From positions 43,648 to 107,647 of the forward strand of contig JANQYI010000013.1 in the NCBI GenBank assembly GCA_030728985.1: a stretch of 64,000 nucleotides of DNA, in the 5' to 3' direction. The position numbers and the translations under genes were made by a program. The notes beneath the pieces are model-generated. The model saw only the letters and a list, made by a program, of their open reading frames with translations, searched no databases and was not told the origin of the DNA. Positions 27,350 to 36,826 of this stretch are shown here, in pieces (positions within the stretch are counted from its first letter, which is position 1; every line of letters begins with the position of its first letter). The DNA comes from Burkholderiaceae bacterium. Its GTDB lineage: Bacteria > Pseudomonadota > Gammaproteobacteria > Burkholderiales > Burkholderiaceae_B.

Positions 27350-30016
27350 TCATTCATCGAGGGCAACGGCCGTCGTTGCCTTCTTAGTCGCCTTTTTTGC
27401 GACTTTTTTGACCGCCTTTTTAACCGCTTTTTTGGCAGCAGTTTTTGTCGCGGTCGTTTTTGTTGCTTTCTTAGCCGCTTTTTTCACAGCCGTTTTAGCG
27501 GCTGTTTTAGTTGCGGTTTTAGCGGTTTTCGCAGGTGTTTTTGATGGTGTTTTGCGGCCCGGTTTTTCAGGGCGGGCTTCAAACTCAAAGCTGACCTTTC
27601 CGCTTTCGCCTCGCGCGAGATACGCCTTGAACTTGCGATTTGTCCGACTGGAAACAAAGCCCTCTAGCAGGTCTGTTTTGCCTGTGGTCAGCAACTTGGA
27701 CATTTGGTCCGCACCAATCTCTTGTTGCAAAATCACCTTGCCGGAACGGAAGTCGCAGTTGCGTTCAGGACCCACGGATTTTTCGCAGATATAACTCATC
27801 CCATGCTCAAACACGCGCGCTGAACATTTTGGACATGCGCCCAGCGGTGCATGTCCGGAAAAATCAACCGGTTCGTTTGACTCCTCATCGCGCTGACCAA
27901 AATCAAATTCTAATTTTGAATCAGGGTCGAGCTTCAAAATCGCGGCAAACGGCCGACCCATTTTGCTGATAAATCCCTGCATGGGACCAATACGCTTATC
28001 CGTAATCAGCGTTTCAACTTCGGCTGGCTCAAACGTTCGACCACCCGGATGTTTGCCAATTGAAAAATCACAGCTCGTGCATGCGTAACGACGATAGTTT
28101 TCTTTGACGACCGCGCCACATTTCGGGCAAGGGGTGGATAGAGTGACATAGTCACCTGGAACCGTATCGCGGTCGTACTCTTTCGCACGCTTGACGATGA
28201 CTTGTGTCATCTGCGCGATTTCACGCATAAACGCTTCACGCTCAAGCTCGCCTTGTTCGATCTGCTGGAGTTTGTGCTCCCACTCTCCCGTCAGCTCCGG
28301 CGAGGTCAACTCCTTGACATCCAGTCCATTGAGCAACGTCATCAACTGACGCGCTTTCGCAGTGGGAACCAAATCCCGGCCTTCACGCCGCAAATAGGTC
28401 TCGTTTAACAAACCTTCGATGATTGAAGCGCGCGTCGCGGGCGTACCGAGACCTCGCGCTGCCATTGCTTGCGCAAATTCGTCATCATCGACAAGCTTGC
28501 CGGCACCCTCCATCGCGGACAGCAACGTACCTTCGTTGTAGCGCGCAGGTGGTTTCGTGACCAAGGCGATTGCGTCGACATCTTCGGTGCGCACGGCCTC
28601 GCCTTCAACGACCGCAACCAGCGTGGCGTCTTCTTCCTGTACCTCGCGGCCGTAGACGGCCAGCCAACCTGGTGAAACAAGCACTTTACCTTCAGTTTTA
28701 AACTGATGCGCCTGCACCGTCGTGGTCCGAGTCGTCATACGGTATTCTGCGGACGGAAAGAAAATCGCCAAGAAGCGCTTGACCACCAAATCGTATAACT
28801 TCGCCTCGGCTTCACTCAATTCTTTAGGAATTTGCAGTGTCGGAATGATCGCAAAGTGATCCGACACTTTCTTGTTATCAAAGATCCTTTTATTGGGTTT
28901 GACCCAACCATTCTTGCTAATCGTTTTAGCGTGTGGCGCCAAATGACGCGCGACACCCGCGCCCTCGGCAATGCCTTCAATCGTGGCGCGCACCGTATTG
29001 ATATAGTCTTCGGGCAAATGCTTGGAGTCCGTTCTTGGGTAGGTCAGCGCCTTGTGCCGCTCATACAGGCTCTGGGCCAATGAAAGCGTTGCCTTGGCGG
29101 AAAATCCGAACCGTCCGTTCGCCTCTCTTTGCAAAGACGTTAAGTCAAACAGCGCAGGCGCAGCCTCGGTTTTGGGTTTGGCAACCTCTGTCACCACGCC
29201 AGGCTGAGCGCGGCATGCTGCCACCACGCTCTTGGCCGCCGCCTCAACCCAAAGTCTCGACTCGTGCTTGGAAGGGTCTTCTGCATCTTTCTTAAACTGG
29301 GGGTCAAACCAACGACCTTCGTATAAGCCTGCCGCGGCGACGAAGGTCGCTCTCACTTCCCAATAGTTGCGTGGCTCAAAACGTCGAATTTTTTCTTCGC
29401 GTTCAAACACAATCGCCAAGGTCGGTGTTTGCACACGGCCTACTGGCGTTTTAAAAAAGCCACCATCCTTGCTATTAAAGGCGGTCATGGCACGGGTGCC
29501 ATTGATGCCCACTAGCCAATCCGCTTCGGCACGCGAGCGCGCAGCCGCCTCGAGGGGCTTCATCGTGGCATCCGGACGCAGATTTTCAAAGGCGTCTCGA
29601 ATCGCGTCCTGTGTCATCGACTGCAACCAAAGGCGTTGCACCGGTTTTTTCTGGCCTGCATATTGTTCGATGTAGCGGAAAATCAGTTCGCCCTCTCGCC
29701 CCGCGTCACACGCATTGATGAGTGCGCTGACATCCTTGCGTTTAATCAGTCGCACCAACATTTTTAGGCGTTCTGCTGACTTTTTGTCGCTCGGGTTCAA
29801 CTCAAACTGTGGCGGAATAACAGGCAGATGCGTGAAGCTCCATTTCCCTTTGACCGGATCGTTGGGTGCGATCAGACTCAGCAAGTGACCGACGCTCGAA
29901 GACAAGACAAATCCGTCACTTTCAAAATAGTCGCCTTCACGCGTAAAGCCTCCTAGTGCCCGTGATATATCAAGGGCAACGGAAGGTTTCTCAGCAATAA
30001 TTAGTGTCTTAGTCAT
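27350..30016 (-). CDS. topB: DNA topoisomerase III (type IA) with zinc-ribbon repeats and Lys/Ala-rich tail
   Basis: IIAEKPSVA, NACDAGREGE, GRVQTPT, TYPRTDS catalytic Tyr, GLGTPATR, CPKC ribbons; start set at ATG 30016. Confidence 0.94.
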   Translation of the reverse strand: MTKTLIIAEKPSVALDISRALGGFTREGDYFESDGFVLSSSVGHLLSLIAPNDPVKGKWSFTHLPVIPPQFELNPSDKKSAERLKMLVRLIKRKDVSALINACDAGREGELIFRYIEQYAGQKKPVQRLWLQSMTQDAIRDAFENLRPDATMKPLEAAARSRAEADWLVGINGTRAMTAFNSKDGGFFKTPVGRVQTPTLAIVFEREEKIRRFEPRNYWEVRATFVAAAGLYEGRWFDPQFKKDAEDPSKHESRLWVEAAAKSVVAACRAQPGVVTEVAKPKTEAAPALFDLTSLQREANGRFGFSAKATLSLAQSLYERHKALTYPRTDSKHLPEDYINTVRATIEGIAEGAGVARHLAPHAKTISKNGWVKPNKRIFDNKKVSDHFAIIPTLQIPKELSEAEAKLYDLVVKRFLAIFFPSAEYRMTTRTTTVQAHQFKTEGKVLVSPGWLAVYGREVQEEDATLVAVVEGEAVRTEDVDAIALVTKPPARYNEGTLLSAMEGAGKLVDDDEFAQAMAARGLGTPATRASIIEGLLNETYLRREGRDLVPTAKARQLMTLLNGLDVKELTSPELTGEWEHKLQQIEQGELEREAFMREIAQMTQVIVKRAKEYDRDTVPGDYVTLSTPCPKCGAVVKENYRRYACTSCDFSIGKHPGGRTFEPAEVETLITDKRIGPMQGFISKMGRPFAAILKLDPDSKLEFDFGQRDEESNEPVDFSGHAPLGACPKCSARVFEHGMSYICEKSVGPERNCDFRSGKVILQQEIGADQMSKLLTTGKTDLLEGFVSSRTNRKFKAYLARGESGKVSFEFEARPEKPGRKTPSKTPAKTAKTATKTAAKTAVKKAAKKATKTTATKTAAKKAVKKAVKKVAKKATKKATTAVALDE
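27353..27565 (-). repeat. Low-complexity KTA/KKA repeat coding a histone-H1-like tail of TopB
   Basis: KPGRKTPSKTPAKTAKTATKTAAKTAVKKAAKKATK...KKAVKKAVKKVAKKATKKATT; 23 Lys in the last 71 aa. Confidence 0.9.
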
Positions 30017-30078
30017 TCTTTTCCAAAAACGGCTCTTATCCGCAACACGCAAAATCCGAACCAACAGAGGGATTCAGT

Positions 30079-31008
30079 TTATTGCGGATCATAAAAGCGG
30101 TGATTAATGCCGTGCAAGTTAGCACGACTCAGGCCTTGCACCCAAACGGGGATCGCCGCGGCCCAAAAGCTCCTAACATCCTCAACAGGCAAAGGGTCAA
30201 AGCCCAAGGCAACCCACGCACGCGTCAAAACACCGAGTGGATCGCTCAAGTCGAGGGCTGCGGCGCCATTTTGTTTAGACAACTTCTGCCCTGCATTATC
30301 CGTCACAAGAGGAACGTGCAGGTACTCTGGCCGAGCCAGCCCCAACATCTCGCCCAACATCACTTGTCTCGCTGTACTACTGAATAAATCTTCGCCACGG
30401 ACCACGTGCGTGACGCCTTGTTCCGCATCGTCGACCACAACCGCTAACTGATAAGCCCAGATCCCGTCTGCACGGCGTAAGACAAAATCTCCCACCATTT
30501 GGCTCACATTCTGCGTCATGGGGCCCAGCCAGCGGTCGTTAAAGACAACCTGCCCCTGCGCTACACGCAGCCTCCAAGAGAGCGCCTGACGTCCTTTTGG
30601 CAGCCCTGAGCGACATGTTCCAGGATAGGGACGCTCCCCATCTGGAAAATGTCCCTGCGTCCGCAACACCGAATCCGCGATTTCACGCCGAGTACACCCG
30701 CAAGGATAAACTAGATTTAACGACAAAAGAGTGTCAAATGCTTGCTGATAGCGATGTAATCGACGAGATTGATACAAAACCTCGCCGTCCCACTGCATCC
30801 CGAGGGCCTTAAGCTGTTGCAAAATGACACGATCTGCCCCAGGTACATTGCGGGGAATATCCAAATCTTCCATTCTGACGCGCCAACCACCATGATGTGC
30901 CTTGGCATCGAGATAGCTCGCTAGCGCTGCCACCGCAGAGCCTGCATGCAACGGTCCACTCGGACTCGGTGCGAAGCGACCAATGTAGGACGACTGAACC
31001 TGAAGCAA
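30079..31008 (-). CDS. gluQ: tRNA glutamyl-Q(34) synthetase
   Basis: [49 protein letters not shown]; short (no anticodon domain); TTG start 31008 inferred. Confidence 0.92.
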   Translation of the reverse strand: MLQVQSSYIGRFAPSPSGPLHAGSAVAALASYLDAKAHHGGWRVRMEDLDIPRNVPGADRVILQQLKALGMQWDGEVLYQSRRLHRYQQAFDTLLSLNLVYPCGCTRREIADSVLRTQGHFPDGERPYPGTCRSGLPKGRQALSWRLRVAQGQVVFNDRWLGPMTQNVSQMVGDFVLRRADGIWAYQLAVVVDDAEQGVTHVVRGEDLFSSTARQVMLGEMLGLARPEYLHVPLVTDNAGQKLSKQNGAAALDLSDPLGVLTRAWVALGFDPLPVEDVRSFWAAAIPVWVQGLSRANLHGINHRFYDPQ

Positions 31009-31009
31009 G

Positions 31010-31468
31010 TCAGTGCAACAGACGGTCACCATCGTCGCGCAGGAGCTCTTCAAGAATCAAATGGTCGACCTCGGATTCCTGACTCCACAACACCATTAAC
31101 GCGATGATTTTGATCTTTTGGAGCGACACTGGACCGTCTGTCGTCGCCATGGCGCGGTCAATCACGATTTCACGCAAAGCCGGAGAGAGCGCCTCTGTCG
31201 TCTCAAGAAAGGTAATGAAACCTATTGCTTGAGCGCCAAGGTGTTGCAGCTCGTAATCCGCGTAGGCACGGAAGCCATCGCCAGGCGTCTGGGCGAGATC
31301 CACACACTGCTCAGTCGTTTCGGCCAAGCCCACCAGCCAACCCAACGCCTCGTCAATATCAGTATGCTCAAAGCCTGCGGCAGCTAGCCGTTTGGCTAGC
31401 ACATCGGCCGAGGGACAGGCCTCGGGGGTGTAGTAATTCTCAAACAGGTAAACCAGGATATCGAACAT
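31010..31468 (-). CDS. smg: Smg (DUF494) protein
   Basis: [12 protein letters not shown]...LAAAGF...EALGWL...[10 protein letters not shown]...LLH. Confidence 0.9.
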   Translation of the reverse strand: MFDILVYLFENYYTPEACPSADVLAKRLAAAGFEHTDIDEALGWLVGLAETTEQCVDLAQTPGDGFRAYADYELQHLGAQAIGFITFLETTEALSPALREIVIDRAMATTDGPVSLQKIKIIALMVLWSQESEVDHLILEELLRDDGDRLLH

Positions 31469-31493
31469 GGCAGCTACGGCTCCTGTTTTAACC

Positions 31494-31510
31494 GGGGTCT
31501 GTCAGACCCC
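31494..31510. repeat. REP-like palindrome
   Basis: GGGGTCTG-T-CAGACCCC perfect inverted repeat upstream of smg; single copy noticed in window. Confidence 0.45.
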
Positions 31511-31577
31511 TCATGTGAAATAACTTTACCCTTAAAAGTAGAAAACGACAAACGCTATCTTTGATGACCTTAAAAAA

Positions 31578-33596
31578 TCATGCCGCCGCCGTAGGAGTCG
31601 AACGCCTGAAAAACTGCGTCAATACTACGGGTAAGGCCAACGCGAGGCCCGCCAAGCCGCTTTGCCATCCGGGCGCAATAAATAACAAGGCGGCCAAAGC
31701 AAAGGTCCAGCGCTCCCACGCCTTCATGTGCGTCAAAAAATAGCCGGAAAAGGCGGCGGACAAAAACACCAGCCCAACAATGGCTCCGCTTAGCGTGATG
31801 AAAAACTCCTCCCACGTGAACCCTTTGAGGACGAGCAACAAAGAGGGTGAAAAAATAAACACAAATGGCACTAACAGCTTGCTAATGCCCAACTTAAAAG
31901 CCGTATTTCCCGTTTTAAACGGATCACTGCCCGCCATGCCCGCCGCGGCATAGGCGGCCAAGGCAACCGGAGGCGTAAGGTCCGCCAAAATGCCAAAATA
32001 AAACACAAACATATGCGCTGCCAAGGGCTGAACACCCAGCTGCACAAGCGTAGGCGCCGCGACCGCGACCATGATGATGTAGTTCGCTGTCGTCGGAATC
32101 CCGCATCCCATCAAAATACATACAAGACCAGTAATCGCCAGTGCCGCAATCAATGTCAAGGTCTGCATGTTCACCAGAAAATCTGGCAAGATCGCTGCCG
32201 CTGCTCCTGCGATCGCCTGCGAAGCAGCGATCACAATGAAAGACACTTTAAAACCTACACCCGTCAACGTCACCACACCAATCACGATTCCTACCGTTCC
32301 TGCCGCAGCACCGACGGCCAATGCGTACTTGGCCCCGGTTTCAAAGGCATCGTAAAGATCACGCCAACGCAGGCGCTGTACAGGATTGAGTAGACCCACC
32401 ACGATACAACCCGTAATGCCGGCGAACGCTGCAAGATAAGGCGTTCGGCCACTCACGAGAACGCCAATCAAAATCACCAACGGAATGAGTGTTGGCCAGC
32501 GCTTGCGAAAGGACTCTTTTAACTTCGGCATTTCCTCTTCGGTCAAACCACGCAAATTTTGACGCTTGGCCTCGAAATGCACCTGCATGAACATGCCAAA
32601 GAAATACAAAAAAGCCGGGAAAGTCGCCGCCAATACGATATCGCGATAAGGGATATTTAAAAACTCGATCATCAAGAATGCCGCGGCGCCCATGATCGGT
32701 GGCGTGATCTGTCCTCCCGTACTCGACGCCGCCTCAACGCCCGCAGCAAAATGCCGTGGATAACCCACACGAATCATCGCGGGAATCGTCAGTGAGCCCA
32801 CGGTCACCGTGTTGGCGATCGACGAACCTGACAACATACCAAACATGGCCGAACCGAACACAGAGACCTTTGCAGGACCACCCGCATAACGTCCTGCGAT
32901 CGCGGAAGCCACATCAAGAAATAATTGACCCAAACCGATACGCGTAGCTAACACTCCAAACAACACAAAATGAAAAACATACGTCGCCACGACGCCGATT
33001 GCGACACCATAAACCCCTTGGCTGGTGAGATACAGATGGTTCACAATCTGTGACCAATTGTTTCCCGCATGCTTGAGCAAGCCCGGAAACTCACGACCAA
33101 ACATCGCGTAGATCATGAAAACAATTGCAATGATGGGGAGCGGCCAACCCATCGCGCGACGCGTGCCTTCGAGCAAGCCCACGATCAAGATCGTGCCCAT
33201 AAAGACATCAACCTTGTCTGGGTTACCGACCTTGAAGGCCAGCTCCTCGAAAATATAGGGGATATACAAGACCGTAAGCGCCAAGGCCAGCGCGATCAAC
33301 CAATCAAACAAGGGGATACCCCCCGGTGACAGCCACGTCGATTTGGGCTCACGCTTATACGCCCGCTTGTTAAAGCCAAACACCAAAAAAATCAGGCTCA
33401 ACACAAAAGCAAGGTGTACTCCGCGATGTGTCGACTCACGCAACAAACCAAAGCCAGCCGTGTAATAGTGAAAGATGGACAGCGAGACCAACAGGATGGA
33501 AACAATCCAGGTCGCGCTCGCGGCGAGCGGACGAAAGCGTATTTCAGGATCAAATTTTTCTGTTAGTGCTTGGGCTTTCTTTTCATCTAATTGCAT
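31578..33596 (-). CDS. TAXI-TRAP transporter fused permease (4TM/12TM)
   Basis: GGPAKVSV, SGSSIAN, ASSTGGQITPPIMGAAAF, GIPTTANYI, DLTPPVALAAYAAAG. Confidence 0.92.
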   Translation of the reverse strand: MQLDEKKAQALTEKFDPEIRFRPLAASATWIVSILLVSLSIFHYYTAGFGLLRESTHRGVHLAFVLSLIFLVFGFNKRAYKREPKSTWLSPGGIPLFDWLIALALALTVLYIPYIFEELAFKVGNPDKVDVFMGTILIVGLLEGTRRAMGWPLPIIAIVFMIYAMFGREFPGLLKHAGNNWSQIVNHLYLTSQGVYGVAIGVVATYVFHFVLFGVLATRIGLGQLFLDVASAIAGRYAGGPAKVSVFGSAMFGMLSGSSIANTVTVGSLTIPAMIRVGYPRHFAAGVEAASSTGGQITPPIMGAAAFLMIEFLNIPYRDIVLAATFPAFLYFFGMFMQVHFEAKRQNLRGLTEEEMPKLKESFRKRWPTLIPLVILIGVLVSGRTPYLAAFAGITGCIVVGLLNPVQRLRWRDLYDAFETGAKYALAVGAAAGTVGIVIGVVTLTGVGFKVSFIVIAASQAIAGAAAAILPDFLVNMQTLTLIAALAITGLVCILMGCGIPTTANYIIMVAVAAPTLVQLGVQPLAAHMFVFYFGILADLTPPVALAAYAAAGMAGSDPFKTGNTAFKLGISKLLVPFVFIFSPSLLLVLKGFTWEEFFITLSGAIVGLVFLSAAFSGYFLTHMKAWERWTFALAALLFIAPGWQSGLAGLALALPVVLTQFFRRSTPTAAA

Positions 33597-33630
33597 AACG
33601 GACTCGAGAAAAACAGCTGATCGTAAAGAT

Positions 33631-33670
33631 CAAAATAAAAGGCGGTGTTTCGCATGCGCGCTCACCGCCT
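33631..33670 (-). terminator. Intercistronic hairpin/terminator between TAXI receptor and permease
   Basis: AGGCGGTG/CACCGCCT inverted repeat ending in TTTTATTTT on the minus strand. Confidence 0.6.
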
Positions 33671-33728
33671 TAGGCACTTAAACATTCATCAAGGGTCACG
33701 TGTATCAAACCCATGACCCCTTAGCCTC

Positions 33729-34691
33729 TTATTTCAAAAGACCTTTTTCTTTGTAAAACTTCGCTGCGCCAGGATGAAAAGGAATGCCTGCACCCGTAAC
33801 GGCGTTGGACAGCGTAATCATCTTGCCTTTGGAATGACCGGCGGCTAACGCCTTTTGAGCCGCATCAGAGTAAACCGCCTTCACGATTTCGTATACAACC
33901 GCCTCAGGCTGCTTTGCGGATGTCACCCACTGCGCATTCACAGCGATCGTTTTGACTTCACCAACGCCTTGATAAGTGCCCGCAGGAATCACATCGGGCG
34001 TAAAAAAGCGCTGTGTCGAACGCAACTTATCAATTTCAGGACCTGCGATTGAAACCAACTCAACGCCTGCACCGCTTGAAACAAGCTCAGCAACCGCCGC
34101 TACGGGTGCACCCGCCACGATAAAGAAGGCATCCAAGCCACCATCCTTCATTTTGTCACCGGCCTGATTGGGCTTCATGTACTCGGCCTTAACGTCCTTG
34201 TCCGTCATGCCATAAGCACCCATGATCAAACGCACATCGACTAAGGTGCCTGAACCAGGCTCGTCCATGGAAACACGCTTGCCGCGCAAATCGGCGACTG
34301 ATTTAATCCCCGAGCCTTTGCGTACGACTAAATGGATGCTTTCAGGATAAAGCGTTGCGATTAGTCTCAGATCAGTCGCCTTGGTCTTGCCCGCAAACGT
34401 ACCCGTGCCAGAATATGCCCAGTAGGCGACATCCGACTGGCTAAAACCAGATTCAAGCGAGCCGCCCACGATGCCGTTGACGTTTGCGACCGAACCATTG
34501 CTGGCGACCGCAGACGCGATGAGCTTTCCTGGCTGTGTGACGAGGTTAGCGATCATGCCACCCACCGGGTAGTACGTCCCTGCTGTGCCGCCCGTACCAA
34601 TACGGAAAAACTGCTGAGCCTGCGCGGGGGCTGCGACAGCAGCAGCGAGCGCGGCAGCGCCTAAAACTTTAGCTAAAGATTTTAAAAACAT
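33729..34691 (-). CDS. TAXI-family TRAP substrate-binding protein
   Basis: Signal peptide; IGTGGTAGTYYPVG, GSVAN, QSD, LYPE, PFHPGA. Confidence 0.93.
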   Translation of the reverse strand: MFLKSLAKVLGAAALAAAVAAPAQAQQFFRIGTGGTAGTYYPVGGMIANLVTQPGKLIASAVASNGSVANVNGIVGGSLESGFSQSDVAYWAYSGTGTFAGKTKATDLRLIATLYPESIHLVVRKGSGIKSVADLRGKRVSMDEPGSGTLVDVRLIMGAYGMTDKDVKAEYMKPNQAGDKMKDGGLDAFFIVAGAPVAAVAELVSSGAGVELVSIAGPEIDKLRSTQRFFTPDVIPAGTYQGVGEVKTIAVNAQWVTSAKQPEAVVYEIVKAVYSDAAQKALAAGHSKGKMITLSNAVTGAGIPFHPGAAKFYKEKGLLK

Positions 34692-34786
34692 AAAGTTACT
34701 CCCTAATTAAATAATCGGACGACAACAGTGACATATTACTAGTACTTTTGCGTATTAAATGTAATCATCTGCAATAAATGCAACAC

Positions 34787-36805
34787 TTATGTAAGTCCGA
34801 TGAGTGCAACACCTTCGCTGACCTGCTCACCTACACCATAAAATATTTCCTTTACGACGCCATCGACGGGCGCGATGACAGCATGTTCCATTTTCATCGC
34901 CTCCATGACTAACAGCGCATCGCCTTGTCTGACCGTCTGACCCACGATGACATGGACAGCAATAATTTTCCCCGGCATCGGTGCCGTCAAACCACCCGTC
35001 TGACCCGCCTCTTTGTGCAGAGCCTGCTTAAGCGGATCTTGCAGACATAACATCATATGCATGCCCTCGACAAACACATCGAAGCGCTCGCCCTGTCTTT
35101 GAACTGTCGCCGTTCGACGCACGCCACCTAACCTCAGCTCCAACAAATAAGCACCGCTAGTTAAACGCTGACCTGACCAACAAAAATCATGTGATCGCGC
35201 GTCGATTTCAAGACGCTGATCACCCACGCGGCCCAAGAGATCGACTTGTCTGGGCGTCTGCCCGTCCAACCACACAAATCGTCGACGGTATGTGCCATTG
35301 AGCCTCCACCCATCCTGAATCGACCAAGGATCGACCGTGGTCTGCTGGTACTGCGTCTGGCATGCTCTCTCAAGGGACTCCTCAAACAGTACCGCCGCGA
35401 CTGCACAGCCCAGGACATGATCTGCGCTTGGAGTAGGCGGCGGCAATAACTTTTCACGTCTACGCTCAATCAGACCTGTATCGAGATCCGCAAGCGCAAA
35501 CGACGCATCTGCGATCAGTCTAGAGAGAAAGTTGACGTTCGTATGCACCCCCACAATTTGCGTCTCGGCAAGCGCCTGCTGCATACGGGCGAGTGCCTGC
35601 TCGCGTGTCGCGCCCCAAGCAACCAGCTTGGCGATCATTGGATCGTAAAAAGGCGAAATGTCGTCGCCACAGCGCACCCCAGAATCGACGCGTACGTCAC
35701 CATTCATAAAAGCGACATGTTCGGGCAATTGCAAATGCCTCAGCCTCCCAACAGACGGCAAAAACCCATTCTCTGTGTTTTCAGCGTAAATCCGCGCTTC
35801 GATCGCATGCCCAGAAAACTGGAGTTGCTCTTGACTCAACGGCAATGGCTCACCCGCCGCCACCCGCAATTGCCACTCCACCAGATCCAAACCGGTGATC
35901 ATTTCTGTCACCGGATGCTCCACCTGCAAGCGCGTATTCATCTCCATAAAATAAAACCGGCCATCAGGCTCAACGATGAATTCCACCGTCCCTGCTCCCA
36001 CATACGCGACCGCTTTCGCCGCGGCCACAGCCGCCTCACCCATGGCGCGTCGCATCTTTGGATCCATATTCGGCGCAGGCGCCTCTTCAATCACTTTTTG
36101 ATGCCTACGCTGGACTGAACAATCTCTTTCAAATACATACACGCAATTGCCGTGAGTGTCGGCAAATACTTGGATCTCGATATGTCTAGGCTTTTGTAAA
36201 TAACGCTCAATCAAGACTCGACCATCGCCAAAGCTTGCGCGCGCCTCTCTCTGACACGACGCCAGCGCAGCTTCAAAGTCCTGACTGGACTCCACCACGC
36301 GCATACCCTTACCACCACCTCCGGCACTGGCCTTAATCAATACGGGATATCCGAGGGCATCGGCCTGTTGCCTTAGAAAAGCAATCTCTTGGTTTTCGCC
36401 ATGGTATCCGGGCACAAGTGGCACACCCGCTTGAGCCATCAGCGTCTTCGCCGCAGACTTGCTCCCCATCGCTGCAATCGCGGCTGCCGGTGGTCCCACA
36501 AATGTCAGGCCCGCTTGCGTGCATGCCAGCGCGAACCCCTCGTTTTCCGATAAAAACCCATACCCTGGATGAATCGCCTGCGCACCATATTGTTGCGCAA
36601 CGGCCAAGATCGCATCGCCCTTCAGATAGCTCTGAAGAGCAGGCGACTCACCGATCCGTACAGCGACATCACAATACGTCACATGCTTTGCCTGAGCGTC
36701 AGCATCCGAAAACACGGCAATCGTTTTAATCCCAAGCTTACGAGCGGTCGCGGCGATACGACAAGCGATTTCCCCGCGGTTAGCGATCAGTATTGTTTTA
36801 AACAC
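34787..36805 (-). CDS. liuD: Biotin-dependent acyl-CoA carboxylase alpha subunit (3-methylcrotonyl-CoA carboxylase)
   Basis: ILIANRGEIACR, HPGYGFLSEN, GGGGKGMR, MNTRLQVEH, EAMKM biotin site; follows the beta subunit. Confidence 0.88.
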   Translation of the reverse strand: MFKTILIANRGEIACRIAATARKLGIKTIAVFSDADAQAKHVTYCDVAVRIGESPALQSYLKGDAILAVAQQYGAQAIHPGYGFLSENEGFALACTQAGLTFVGPPAAAIAAMGSKSAAKTLMAQAGVPLVPGYHGENQEIAFLRQQADALGYPVLIKASAGGGGKGMRVVESSQDFEAALASCQREARASFGDGRVLIERYLQKPRHIEIQVFADTHGNCVYVFERDCSVQRRHQKVIEEAPAPNMDPKMRRAMGEAAVAAAKAVAYVGAGTVEFIVEPDGRFYFMEMNTRLQVEHPVTEMITGLDLVEWQLRVAAGEPLPLSQEQLQFSGHAIEARIYAENTENGFLPSVGRLRHLQLPEHVAFMNGDVRVDSGVRCGDDISPFYDPMIAKLVAWGATREQALARMQQALAETQIVGVHTNVNFLSRLIADASFALADLDTGLIERRREKLLPPPTPSADHVLGCAVAAVLFEESLERACQTQYQQTTVDPWSIQDGWRLNGTYRRRFVWLDGQTPRQVDLLGRVGDQRLEIDARSHDFCWSGQRLTSGAYLLELRLGGVRRTATVQRQGERFDVFVEGMHMMLCLQDPLKQALHKEAGQTGGLTAPMPGKIIAVHVIVGQTVRQGDALLVMEAMKMEHAVIAPVDGVVKEIFYGVGEQVSEGVALIGLT

Positions 36806-36826
36806 TTTTTATTCCTGTTTGAGCCG

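Noticed and set aside
27408-27794. Hydrophobic repetitive ORF (MTAFLTAFLAAVF...)
   Set aside because: It is the antisense reading of the Lys/Ala/Thr repeat tail of topB
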